Below are positions 54,601 through 64,000 of a stretch of 64,000 nt of DNA, one piece after another (positions within the stretch are counted from its first letter, which is position 1; every line of letters begins with the position of its first letter). Under the pieces are notes generated by a model, which worked only from the letters and a program-made list of their open reading frames with translations, searched no databases and was not told where the DNA came from. Source of the stretch: Paraspadella gotoi (Eukaryota > Animalia > Chaetognatha); the NCBI GenBank assembly GCA_051294375.1, contig CM119268.1:4313837-4377836 (forward strand). The letters are read 5' to 3'. A program made the translations under genes and the position numbers.

Positions 54601-57600
54601 ATCTCCTATCGAAGCGGAATCACATTTAACAGATAAGTGGGCGAAAAAAAGTGGTTGTTTACAGACAGTATACAAATTGAATGTGATCTTTCCTTTAGTG
54701 ATATTTCTTGTCGTTTCTTGGCCATTAACCAAGAGGTTCCTCTGACTTTAGACCGCCGGCGAAAACATCCCAAGAACGCCGCGACCGACGGAGAAAGCGA
54801 AGACGACGGCAAAGGTCAAACGTCGCGTCGCGGGGAAAGGCATCGAAGAAGAAGAAAGCTTCGTCGCCGCCGCTTTCCAGTTTCCAGCAAATGCCTGGAG
54901 GCCGGTTTCAAAGCCGGCGTAGTCGTCAGCGTCTACGCCGTCCGAGAGCTCCGGGCCAAATGGCCCACATTGCGAGGGGCGCCATTACCTGCGCAGCTGT
55001 GACAAGTTTCAGCGATTGAAAGCCCGCCGATCGCCGCAAGTTTGTCGCCTCTCGTCTCGCTGCTTCAACTGCTTTGGGAAGCGGTCATCGGACGCTAAAT
55101 TGCCTACAAAAGAGCGATGCTTTTGTAGCTGGAATCAATTCATTCACGCTTCTTCATGTCGACCGTAGGCGACCAAAACGTCAGAGACGGAGGCTTCAAA
55201 AGCCACTCCAGCAAAGAACTGTTTCGACGAGGCAGCGGAGAAATGGAAAGTTCTGACGCCGCGCCGATAAGACGGGATCGACGGTCGAGCGACAAGACCG
55301 CGTGACTAGGCGAGTAGCCGCCGGGGCGGGGGCACGTGTAACCCGCCCAGTGGTGCCAATCAATGATCGTCGTTGGTCGACGACGATTTCCAACCTACGC
55401 GTTATTGGATAGTGGGAGTAACAAGTGCGTCATTAACGTCAAATCCGCGAAGCGATTGAATTCTTCCGCTTAGTCATCGTGAATTTGAAAATTGACACTT
55501 CGCTCTGAGTCTACACTCCTAGGCCATGGTGAAAAAAGATGAAGAATTTCTTCAGTTGACGGCGCTTTCCCCGATTCTGGACCTTGAGGAAGTCCTCGCC
55601 GGTCGACGACATCTGTCTTCGGAAGATGAATGCAACCTTCCGACTCAGGAGGAGATTTCTTCTTTTTCTCATTTGTGGATGTCGAGATTCAGTCTCTTAA
55701 ACGCAAGGAAATCGATTCATTCTATCTGCGAATATACTTGGACATGGGAGACGGGTGAAATACGCCGTGAAGTAGGACTGCCCCCATTGCGCTCAAGACT
55801 GAATGGGGAATGGACCATCGGCGGCGCCACGCGCCAAGGGATCGTCGAGCTCCGCGGGAATTCAGCCAAGTGACCTGTCAACAGTATTAGCTGTCGATGA
55901 CGAGCAACCAGCCGGCGAAACTCAACGTCTCTTTGAAGCGAATTTCCGCCGGCGCCATCGGCGAAGCCTCACACAAGCGTGCAAGATGATTCGGCTATGA
56001 GCAGTTGGCGGTCGACGATTGCGTTCGATGAAGACATCGGACATTGGAAGAGTCGGGCCTTCCTTGGAAGGAAGGCCGGAAAAAAGGCTGCGGGAGATTC
56101 CTCAACAAATGCAATTCGGTCGGAGATGGCCAGACAGGCTTTGAAAGCACGGGAAGGATGCGGCGTGAGCCGCTCCGCAAAGAAGGAGTCTTCAAACAGT
56201 ATCCCAGGAAATTTATCGACAGAAGGAATGCAATTCGTATTGGATGATCCCTCAGTTCCCGGACGGAAGAACCCATTTATGGGTGTTTGCCCAACCCATA
56301 TAGCGACCAAGAGAAGACCAAGCCAGGCAAGTTCCGCGTCTGCATGACGCCAAGGCTTCCCATGCGGACGGATCAGCCTCAATGACAACTTCTCAAAGCC
56401 GGGCCAGACTTGATGAATAATCTTTCTTGGAGTCGCTTTTCCGCTTTAGCCGGTCACATGAGATCCTCTCGACTCTGATGTGCGCGGATTTTTTCCATCC
56501 GTGTTTCGTCGACAAAAAGGATCGCCACGTCTTTCGATTTTGGTGTTCGAGGACGATACTATGGAGAGTTCTCGTTCTATGGGAGATGAATCGTTCACGT
56601 TTTCGGCGCGAAATCGTCGCCGCGTGTGCCAGCTAACGTGCTTCACATCAACGGCCGTACCCTTTATGGAACGGGTTTCCACCGAAGTTGCTGACGCCAT
56701 CATCAACGACTTTTAACGTGGAAAATTTATTGCTTTCGGCGCCGACCGTTGAGGCGGCCCGAAGTCTTACCGGATCGGCATCACGGAAAGCCGATGAAGC
56801 GTGGAGGCTTGACCTTGTTATGCCTGGCGGTCATAGCGCATAAGGAGGCGTTGGAAGGATGAGACGCAATGGCGTTGAGAAGAATGGGGAAGACATCAAA
56901 CCTTCAGTGATGAGAGCATGATAATTGGGAGAAGGTCTTAGGACGTTTGCTTTGTTTCTCAACGAGAATATTTTCTCGTTCCAACCGAACAAGAAGAAGG
57001 TGGAACGAAGTCCAAACGCGTCGGCAAATGCCTTCAACTCACTAGCTCACTCTTTGGATCGCGATGGGGTTCGTGGCACCCTTCATCCTGCGTGGAAGGG
57101 AGAATTTTTTCAGCGGGGCAACGAAAGAAAAAATCCAGTGGGATGACCCGATATCAAAGGAGCTTCAATGGCGCGAGATCAACAAGTGGCGGCAAGAGGT
57201 TGTGAAACTTACTTCCTCGAGATTCCTCGCTGGGATTTGCGACGAAGGAAACTACGCAATAGCGGTGCCCACGGAAATGCCACATTCTGCGATGCTCTCG
57301 AAGTGGGCCTACGGGCGTCGTCATGTATCGTCGCGTCGAAAAGTTTTTTCCCCCCCCCATCTGAGACTCATAGCGTGGCATATTTCTTTGAAGTCACGTG
57401 TAGTGGCCGTTGTCTTTCCGAGTAAGTGTTCTCAGCATGAGTCAATTCCGCGGCTGGAACTTACCGCCGCAAACTCGCCGCCGAGCCCCCTTTTCCGGTC
57501 CTATCTGTGGCTGGATCAAAGTTTCTAGAGATATTCGAGAGTTTGTTTTCTGGACGGATTTCGCAATAACGTCATCAGCAAATTCGGGACGAGAAAGTCG

Positions 57601-60600
57601 CGTTTTATCCCGTTTTTCAAACATCGAATCTCTCGAATTCGTGAAATTTCCAGGTGGACGAGATGGAGATATGTCCCGACTGCCGAAAATCCGGCGGATA
57701 TTGCGAGTCGAGGAATATCTGCGGGAAAAATGGATGATTGGATGAAGTTACATTATTATGCTGAGAATAGCTTTAAGTGAACGTGGACTGATTTTCTTGG
57801 TGACCGGAATCAACTTGGCCCGATCAAACGTGTTTGATTTCGTGAAAAACGAAGATCTTCCGGGAGCTGTCGCGAGAAAAGTGCGGCTATTGACGCCCTC
57901 GTCGCTTCTCCTGCTTCATCGCCCATTTTTCCGCTGATTCGTGATGCTCGATACGCCGCCAAGTTTTCATCTTGGGCGGACCCGTCGCGAAAGACGCGTT
58001 TGCTCTGCGCGTGTTGGAGACCTTTGCGTTTTTGAAAGGACTTCAACGGCAATCTGCGGCCAAAGAAAAATTCTCGAATCTACATCGTCGATATGAATCG
58101 GCAGCGGATCGCCTCATTCGCTTGATTCAATTGAAATATTTCGGTTCCGAGATGGAATTTCTTGTCGAAAATCGGTCAACGCTCGCAACTTCGAAGGAAT
58201 GAATTCAAAATTCGCCTTTCGTAAGTTGTCTCCTTTCGTCGACAGCGGGGGGAAAATGCGCGTCGGCGGACGCCTTTGGTAACGCCGCGTCGCTTTCCTT
58301 CGAGGCGAAACATCCATTCATTTTGCCTTCTGACGACGATCTATTTCGCGCTCTTATCCGAGATGTTCATCCAAGACCGAGGGTCATGCGGGAATTGAGC
58401 ATATCTGCAGTGAAATACGACGCAAGTACTGATCCTCCGGGCGCGCCAAGCTGTCCGTCGAGTCCTCACAAATGCGTCTACTGTCAAAAAACCTACAAGC
58501 CACCGGAACACAGAAAATGGCGCCGCTCCGACTTCAGGACGGCCCCAGGGCGCCGTTCGCGAACGTCGGCGGTCGGATGCGCTTGGGCCCTTCGACATCA
58601 AAAAGATCGGCCGTGCCCGACATAAGCGCTGGGTGGCGCTCTTTACCTGCTATATTCTCGCGCCGTTCATCTTGAGGAGTTATTTTCTCTCTCGACTTCG
58701 TCCTTCATAAATTGCCTTCGATGCGCGAAGGAACGAAGGCCGGGATACGGCACCTCTTCAGCGATAACGCAACAAATTTTCAAAGGTGCCGACAAAGCTC
58801 TGCGCGACGCTATAAGGAGTGGACCGGAACGACAATGATAAAAAATTCATTGTCTTGGCTTCGACTGGGACTTCGCGCCGCGTCTTCACGCCGCACTACG
58901 GTTGGAGTTTTGGAGGCGGATGGTTCGCTCGCTAAGCGACATCTCTACGCCCTACTTGGCGACAGGTCGCTGTCGATGGAGACGTTTCGCACCGTCATCA
59001 CCGGCGCCGAAGGAACATCAATCGTCGGCCTTTAACGCGATTAAGCAGCGATGCTCAAGATTGCCTACCTTTAACGGACAGCTGATTTATTATATCCGGG
59101 AGTTCGCGATAGAACGACGCCGTCGTCTTACCACCGCGCGTCTTCCGGCGATGCTTTGCGTTGGAGTATAAGCAAGCGTGGGATCTGATTTCTCAATAAT
59201 CGAGCGACGTTTTCTCCGCGATTATTTACCTAATCTCCAACGCCGCGAACGTTGGCAAACGACGCAGCCGGATCTCAAAGTTCGGCCAGCTCGTCCTTCT
59301 TGTCGAACGAGACAAATCAAGGAACGAGTGGAGGCTTGGCGTTATCGAAAGGGTGCATGGCGACGACACGCACGTGCGACGCGCGTTCGTGCGACGCGAT
59401 GGAAAAATATTTGAACGCGATCGATCTAAGATCGTCCGTTTGGAACTAGATGAGTGAAAGTAAAAAACGAATACCTCATCCTCAAAGAACTAAAACTCTT
59501 TGTGGTATTTATTCATTATTGCCATGCATAACCGAATTTACTTTTCAGAGCTTCGATCGAAAAACGAAATTTCGTTTTACCCAAATTTGCTTTGATTTCG
59601 CTTCGATCGAATTTACCCCATAGGGACTGCACAAAACAGAAATTCAGATTAAAATGTTTTTCAGATTTGAATTTTTTGATTTTTTATTTTTACTGTTTAA
59701 GACAATGATTTTTCAGAAACTGTTTTGTTTTGGTAGAGTTTAATTTTAAGAATTTATTTATTATTTCAGTGCTTGGAAGTAGGGTTTTTAAAAAAAAAAA
59801 TTATTTTATTTATTTATTTTCGGATTTTCGTAAGTGCGACCCCTACTCGAAAATTTTTTCTCAGATTTTGACAGTAAAAGTGTAAATTTTGGATTATTCG
59901 AATTCGGTTTAATTATTTATGTACGAATTTCAAACTTTATTGATAAGATCAAATTGGGATTTTTGGCGTACAGTCGTAATCGTTTTATCTCGATTTTCTT
60001 TTAATCATTTATTCGATTTTCAGCGTACATCACCACGGGCCTGTTTTAATTTGAAGTTCGCGACTTTGTATATTTTTTGAAGAAAAAAGAAAAAATATTT
60101 TTTTATTGCCTCCCATTATTATTTTTTCGTTTTCATACGGGCGTGGCGGGTTTGTCGCTTCGTCCTTGTTTTCTCCCTTTTTTCTCAGGTTTAGTACCGT
60201 CCTTGTTTCTGTACCGCTTATCGGAGGTTCAAAGTTTGACGCGGAAAGAACTTATTAATTATATTCAAAGCTTCGAAATGCAGGCCCTACTAGTGCGCAG
60301 GTGTCTGCTGGGTGGCACATTCCGGTGCCGAGGACGGGAATTGTTCTCGTCTTTCCACACCGTTCCCTGCCGGATGCAGCTTCAAGCGTATGGTTGTCGG
60401 CGCTCTGTTGATGGACATCGTTCTCTGGAGATCCGGCGGTGCCCGACGCGAAGGGGTTGCGGAAGGTGCTGGGTAGGTACTGGCGCACATGGATCTCATC
60501 TTCTTCCGGGCTCCTCCGGAGGTCGATAGATGCCTCACTGCTCAGGGCAGCGGCCTATTCAAGTCCTTAACTCTACAGAGATCCCTCGCTGTGGGATGGG

Positions 60601-62862
60601 ACGAATATGCCGTCGATCTCGACCTCTCCTCCGTGGCGAGGGCGAAATTGGTGTCGGATTTAGAATCTGACTCAGACCAAGAGCATGTGCGCAGGGCTCT
60701 GCAACGGCGCCGGCGCCTCCGAAAGGGGAGACGACGACGCCGGGAGCCGTCCTCTTCTTCCGAAGCGGTGAAAACCCGCGCCTCCCCAGCGCAAGATAAG
60801 GGTTCCCGTCTCGGGTCAGCTGTGGGAGTCGACCCGTGGAAGATAAAGGTCCGGTGTCACGACCTAGTACAGCGTGCCGGCGAGGCTTCTGCCCCGGCTC
60901 CGCGTAGGCCTCCACGCGAGCGTCGACGCCGCAGGAAGCCTGGCGGCCCAGATGGGAAGCCGGCGATCTGCGGGACCGACTTATACTCGGCGATCTCGCG
61001 TGGGACCCTCCGGTCATCGCAAACAATCGTGCTCCGCACGAACGGAAGCCAGGAGCAGGTTCCTGTTCAACCAGCTCTGCGGGCGTTTCGACGTCGGCGC
61101 CGTCTCGCGAACTGCAGAAGACGCAGTAGTGCAGAGGGCTCGGAGGAAGCTGCGGGACTCGCGCACGATGTGCAGACTCCCGGGGCCCCTGCGGAACATG
61201 CGGAATCTGCAAAGTCCGGATCTTGTTTCAGGCGTTCAAGGTTTGCAGGAGGAGCACGGGGAGGCCGTTTTAGTGCGCACCCGAGGAGGGAGATGGACCT
61301 CGAAGAAGCGCCACAGGCTGTAGTAGCTACCAGTGACGCGTGCTGGCGGGTCCGTCGTCGCTGATGCGGGTGTCCGCGGTGCCGACGTCGGACGAGGACG
61401 CAATGTTTGTTCCACGCCAGAGAGGGAGGAGAAGAAGAAGGAGGAGAAGGGGCCGAAGCACCTTTTACGGTTGCAGAGGCAGTTGGCGGGGGTCGGCGAG
61501 CTCCCGCTTCAGGGTGCCGTTGAGCAGTCTGGCCGTCGGAGAAGAGATTGGAAGGGTTCAGGGCGCTTCCCTGGGGATGGTTGCGTTGCTGAGACCCGTA
61601 GGAGAGAGAGGTCACCCGGAGGCATTGAGTGACGTCCGGAGATTATTCCGGGCGTCGGACAATCGCCGAAAGGAAAGGGCCTCCTCCCGGGGACAGGCGA
61701 AAGGCCGCAACGGACAGCGCGATCCTTGAGTCTGTAATGCAGCAGGTATAGAGGCGTGTGAATTCCATCTCGACGCCGCTCTTGTACATGGTGGGCAGCC
61801 TTGTGTCCGTGGGGTCCCGGCGGGGAGATATTTGAGATTTGATTTTTATTTTTTTTTTAGTTGTTTGCCGGGACGGTTTAGTATACAGCCCTATCCTCCC
61901 TTCTGGAGATATGGGGGCTAAATCTTATTAAGGACATCGAATCATTTTAATAGGTTTGGGGTGTACGGAAGCTCCCTCCCCTGTTAAAATGCTGAGCTAT
62001 TTAAATATGGGTGGTTATATGTCACGTGATTTACTTGCTTAACTTGGCACAGTAAGTAATAGTAATATTACGCGCATTATTCAGTCTACGGGTTTTTCCA
62101 GTCGGGCATCCTAAACAATTATTAAATGTGCTTATGGTAAGATAAAGTCGCAAAGTGTACTTGATTATAAACTAACCTCTCGACTCAAGGCTCATAAACA
62201 ATAATTATTGGCCTGGGGAAATAAAAAAAACTCCGGCTTGAGGGCGGATGTTTCCTTTTTATTTTTTATTAATTTTTCTTTCTTTTTTTTAGTGGGAGTA
62301 AGAGTTCGCCATCTAAAATGAATTGAATTCTCAGTTTTTCTTTTTATTATCAACTAATAGGGAAACGCACAAAAAATCCGACTAGAACTGAAGTCAGTTT
62401 TAATATCTGTGTCATTTTTTTTTCTCAAATGAAAAACGTTTTCTCGTGAGTCGAAGCCGCCGTGAAGTGATTTAAATCACTTACACGTTTTCATTTATCT
62501 TTACTTCGCTGTAGCGGCCGTGATAATCAAACATGTCTCGGCGAAAACTGTCCTTCTGGTTTACTCACCTTTCTTCCTTTTTCTCTCACGGTCATATTGA
62601 GTCTGTGCCTTGATACTTGGAACGCTCGGTTCCATCCTCCATCCAAATTTAACTTACCCTTTTTCCTTTTTTCTGACTAAGATGGTGAGGCCTTGATACT
62701 TGAAAGGCTTGGTGAATTCGATGACCTCGGCTCTTTCGGGGATGATGGTCAGGGTGCCGATTATGAGGTCAGCTTTGCCGTCCAGGAGTTCCCCCACCAG
62801 CCCGTCCCAGCGCTCGCGGTGATGTTGCTTCCCGCCAAGGAGGCCGTTGCGGTGGGGGGAAC
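6346..62862 (-). CDS. Nmdar1: NMDA-type ionotropic glutamate receptor subunit 1 (GluN1/NR1), multi-exon, 5'-partial (ATD exons lie beyond the window)
   Basis: Spliced exons give GluN1 hallmark motifs in order: [33 protein letters not shown] (S1), DRFSPFGRF (post-M1), [11 protein letters not shown] (M2, N site), SYTANLAAF (M3), [40 protein letters not shown] (M4). Intron phases agree except at two junctions that are 1 nt off and one that falls in an N gap. Confidence 0.96.
7151..7239 (-). CDS. Nmdar1: Nmdar1 C-terminal exon ([30 protein letters not shown])
   Basis: 89 nt, phase 2/1, cag acceptor and gtgagg donor. Confidence 0.72.
7349..7457. repeat. 12-bp tandem repeat (TTTAGATTTGRG)n
   Basis: About nine units seen directly. 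Confidence 0.9.
7686..7743 (-). CDS. Nmdar1: Nmdar1 C-terminal exon ([19 protein letters not shown])
   Basis: 58 nt, phase 1/2, cag acceptor and gtgaaa donor; phases fit both neighbours. Confidence 0.72.
8698..8803 (-). CDS. Nmdar1: Nmdar1 C-terminal exon ([35 protein letters not shown])
   Basis: 106 nt, phase 0/1, cag acceptor and gtaagg donor. Confidence 0.75.
8956..9056. repeat. Intronic inverted repeat, 42-bp arms with 2 mismatches, 17-nt loop
   Basis: 8956-8997 is the reverse complement of 9015-9056. Confidence 0.9.
9185..9499 (-). CDS. Nmdar1: Nmdar1 C-terminal exon ([25 protein letters not shown]...poly-Gly...SSPFK)
   Basis: 315-nt open frame, acceptor (CA)n-cag, donor AAG|gtaaac; GC-rich island in an AT-rich intron. 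Confidence 0.8.
9946..10050 (+). mobile_element. End of a second Helentron/DINE-1-like element
   Basis: TTTTTAGTTGC..hairpin..GCAACTCTATAAGTCACTTTTCGGTCGGTCC, same layout as 28670-28746. Confidence 0.5.
10564..10682 (-). CDS. Nmdar1: Nmdar1 exon, M4 end and C0 cassette ([40 protein letters not shown]); 3' end abuts N gap
   Basis: Acceptor tttcttttacag; matches GluN1 IEIAYKRH...WR.N. Confidence 0.92.
11054..11189 (-). CDS. Nmdar1: Nmdar1 exon, S2 end and M4 start ([45 protein letters not shown])
   Basis: Within ORF 11016-11285; acceptor ttttctctccag; ends at a GC donor in phase 1. Confidence 0.95.
11506..11600 (-). CDS. Nmdar1: Nmdar1 exon, S2 ([32 protein letters not shown])
   Basis: ag/gt bounded; matches the GluN1 ELFGRSGYGIG...IL..HE pattern. 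Confidence 0.92.
11747..11831 (-). CDS. Nmdar1: Nmdar1 exon, S2 ([28 protein letters not shown])
   Basis: Phase 2 start completes WDS; junction with the next exon is 1 nt short, probably a G-run error; second copy at about 12949-13030. Confidence 0.88.
12032..13225 (-). repeat. Tandem duplicate of about 10797-12020, with frameshifted copies of three Nmdar1 S2/M4 exons
   Basis: Exons and introns nearly identical, indel-type differences, next to the N gap at 13303. Confidence 0.85.
13649..13942. mobile_element. piggyBac-like MITE, 294 bp
   Basis: TTAA|CCCACTTAATGA ... TCATTATGGG|TTAA: TTAA flanks and imperfect CCC-initiated TIRs. Confidence 0.55.
15142..15230 (-). CDS. Nmdar1: Nmdar1 exon, S2 ([29 protein letters not shown])
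   Basis: 89 nt, phase 0/2, ag/gt bounded; AFIWD motif. Confidence 0.93.
15414..15530 (-). CDS. Nmdar1: Nmdar1 exon, S2 ([39 protein letters not shown])
   Basis: 117 nt, phase 0/0, ag/gt bounded; matches GluN1 YATVKQSSVDIYFRRQ. Confidence 0.94.
15737..15813 (-). CDS. Nmdar1: Nmdar1 exon (A)[25 protein letters not shown]
   Basis: Acceptor ctctctttactcag, phase 1 start completes SYTANLAAF, donor gtctgt. Confidence 0.95.
16741..16880. repeat. About 21-bp degenerate tandem repeat (CCGCAACCCTT...CCAGGT)
   Basis: Six to seven units seen directly. Confidence 0.8.
18783..19192 (-). repeat. 3' LTR of element A
   Basis: TGAAAG...CTACA on the minus strand, preceded by gaaaagtgagtggggg. Confidence 0.9.
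21336..23026 (-). CDS. Gag-like protein of element A (frameshifted as assembled, probably two exons)
   Basis: [13 protein letters not shown], then (frame-corrected) [13 protein letters not shown] and CKACG..HHTILH at about 21440-21640, the three-knuckle arrangement of BEL/Pao Gag; start position inferred. Confidence 0.7.
23035..23451 (-). repeat. 5' LTR of element A
   Basis: Near-identical to 18783-19192; TGAAAG...TACCA on the minus strand. Confidence 0.9.
26796..26870 (-). other. tRNA-derived sequence (SINE head or pseudo-tRNA)
   Basis: Degenerate A box (TGGCGCCGCACGTAGCG) and T-arm/B box (CCGGGTTCGCGCCCTG); no convincing anticodon arm. Confidence 0.5.
27318..27500. repeat. 22-bp tandem repeat (ATCGCATCAATGAATGACAATC), decaying 3'
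   Basis: Seen directly. Confidence 0.75.
27640..28746 (-). mobile_element. Helentron/DINE-1-like non-autonomous element with an internal tandem array of about five 140-180-bp units
   Basis: End TTTTTAGTCGGATCTGCT-TATC-AGCAGATCCCGACTCTATAA hairpin, then (GTCC/GTCT)n, then repeated units; distal boundary approximate. Confidence 0.6.
29018..29650. mobile_element. Tc1/mariner-type MITE, 633 bp
   Basis: About 28-bp imperfect TIRs starting CAGTCCTGTGCA, TA on both flanks, non-coding interior. Confidence 0.85.
35632..37501 (-). CDS. Putative extra 3' ORF of element B, unknown function (Cys-containing N-terminus, charged low-complexity body)
   Basis: About 1.9-kb GC-rich block downstream of pol, ATG in aaaATGc, acceptor ctcccttttttctcag about 95 nt upstream; long open stretches in both copies. 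Confidence 0.5.
38454..45562 (-). CDS. BEL/Pao gag-pol polyprotein (knuckles, aspartic protease, RT, RNase H/Peptidase_A17 region, integrase); many frameshifts, likely read errors
   Basis: CFNCLGSGH (about 43020), ALLDSGS (about 42700), GPDLMN and [16 protein letters not shown] (about 41435), IFCDAS (about 40885), [25 protein letters not shown] (about 39275), WERMVRSAK-like, FLRDYLPNL. Confidence 0.9.
47958..48129 (-). CDS. Nmdar1: Nmdar1 exon, M2 pore loop and M3 ([57 protein letters not shown]); 5' end lost in N gap
   Basis: ORF track 47911-48144; near-canonical GluN1 M2-M3; donor G|gtgagt, phase 1. Confidence 0.97.
48140..48518 (+). repeat. Cleaner direct duplicate of about 47036-47420, between two N gaps
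   Basis: Same (CAT)n-containing sequence and flanks. Confidence 0.85.
48998..49148 (+). CDS. Nmdar1: Nmdar1 exon, pre-M1/M1 (approx. [37 protein letters not shown]), inverted and with indel errors
   Basis: Long pyrimidine tract plus cag acceptor, AAG|gtggct donor; frameshift-corrected translation matches GluN1 STLDSFMQPF..LWLLVGLSVHVVA..LDRFSPFGRF; only copy in the window. Confidence 0.88.
49590..62178 (+). repeat. Inverted duplicate (about 12.6 kb) of about 35343-48129: degraded M2-M3 exon at about 49608-49850, intron start and BEL/Pao element
   Basis: Reverse-complement collinearity throughout, e.g. 62141-62178 vs 35343-35380 and protease LLDSGS at 55400 vs 42700; indel-dominated divergence. 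Confidence 0.92.
52273..59463 (+). pseudogene. Second, inverted, error-rich copy of the BEL/Pao gag-pol
   Basis: Same motifs on the plus strand ([35 protein letters not shown]). Confidence 0.85.
62658..62862 (-). CDS. Nmdar1: Nmdar1 exon, S1 ligand-binding segment (SPHRNG...[50 protein letters not shown])
   Basis: Open 205-nt frame, acceptor ttttccccgccaag, donor GG|gtaagt; typical GluN1 S1 sequence. Confidence 0.95.
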
Positions 62863-62909
62863 CTTGGCGGGGAAAAAAGGAGAAAGTCTAAAAATAGCCA
62901 GGTTATCTC

Positions 62910-62991
<82 letters not shown>

Positions 62992-63299
62992 TTGCTTTTG
63001 GTGAAAATTTAATTATCGTCATGAAATAACTTGGTCTCTCTGTTTTCTTTGGGTTTTATTTTCTTTGAAATTTTCAACGCGTCTCCAGCGAATTTTTTCT
63101 TAGACTTTGGTTCTCGCAAAAAGAGATAAGTTAGATAACATCTTGAATCTCTGGTATTTTTAATCTTAATTATTTTTATGACATTATAATCTGAACGTGC
63201 TGCCTAGAAACTCGTCGGAAGAGCTTTAATACAAGCATTATACAAAACGTACCGTTTTATATTTATTTTTAAAATGGTTAGATGAATTTTATTATTTCT

Positions 63300-63992
63300 T
63301 TGAGCTCACTTTTTATTGGACTTGCCCTTATTGGAGTCACCTAGTCAATTGAGCTTGTTTTTATCAAGTTCACCTTTTTGATTGGACTTGCCCTTATTGA
63401 ACTCGCTTTTATTAAGCTCACCTTTTTGATTGAACTTGCTTTTTATTAAGCTCACCTTTTTGATTGGACTTGCCCTTATTGAGCTCATATTTTTATTGGA
63501 CCTCCCTTTATTGATCACACCTTTTTGATTGGACTTGCCCTCATTGAGCTCATATTTCTATAGGACTTCCCCTTATTGATCTCACCTTTTTGATTGGACT
63601 TTGCCTTATTGAGCTCATATTTTTATTGTGACTTCCCATATTATCTCACCTTTTTGATCGACTTGCCTTATTGAGCTATATTTCATGGACTTCCCTTATT
63701 GATTCACACCTTTTTGATTTGGGACTTGCCATATTGAGCTCATATTTCTATAGGGACTTCCCCTTATTGATCTCACCTTTTTGAGTGGACTTCCCTTATT
63801 GGCTATATTTTTATTGGACTTGCCCTTATGATCTCAACCTTTTTGATTGGACTTGCCCTTATGATCTTCACCTTTTTGATTGGACTTGCCCTTATTGATC
63901 TCACCTTTTTGATTGGACTTGCCCCTTATTTCAGCTCATATTTATTGGACTTGCCCTTATTGATCTCACCTTTTGATTGGACTTCCCTTATC
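63300..63992. repeat. Minisatellite, about 33-bp unit CTCACCTTTTTGATTGGACTTGCCCTTATTGAG
   Basis: About 20 contiguous degenerate units, no unique spacers. Confidence 0.92.
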
Positions 63993-64000
63993 TCTCTCTT

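Noticed and set aside
63300-63992. CRISPR-like 33-bp repeats
   Set aside because: No unique spacers, degenerate units, eukaryotic intron, no cas genes

Overview
This is animal genomic DNA, AT-rich and dense in (AG)n/(TTTC)n microsatellites, from an error-prone gap-filled assembly with many N gaps and indel-riddled duplicates. Almost the whole window is the 3' part of one NMDA receptor subunit 1 gene (Nmdar1/GRIN1) on the minus strand. I could reconstruct 15 coding exons by hand, from the S1 ligand-binding segment (62.9 kb) through M1-M4 to a long low-complexity C-terminus ending ...ERDALL* (6.35 kb). The roughly 32-kb intron splitting SYTANL|AAF holds two BEL/Pao-type LTR retroelements in sense orientation. 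Element A is a 4.67-kb gag-only element with paired LTRs. Its primer-binding site is a perfect 14-nt complement of its own LTR, which matches Tf1-like self-priming geometry and is the most novel-looking signal here. Element B is a >14-kb gag-pol element with an extra, apparently spliced, GC-rich 3' ORF. The segment at about 48.5-62.2 kb is inverted relative to the gene and duplicates 35.3-48.1 kb, most likely an assembly artefact. MITEs, Helentron-like elements, a tRNA-derived repeat and minisatellites fill the introns. Most ORFs in the supplied track are spurious. All calls come from manual reading with no database search, and the organism cannot be identified.
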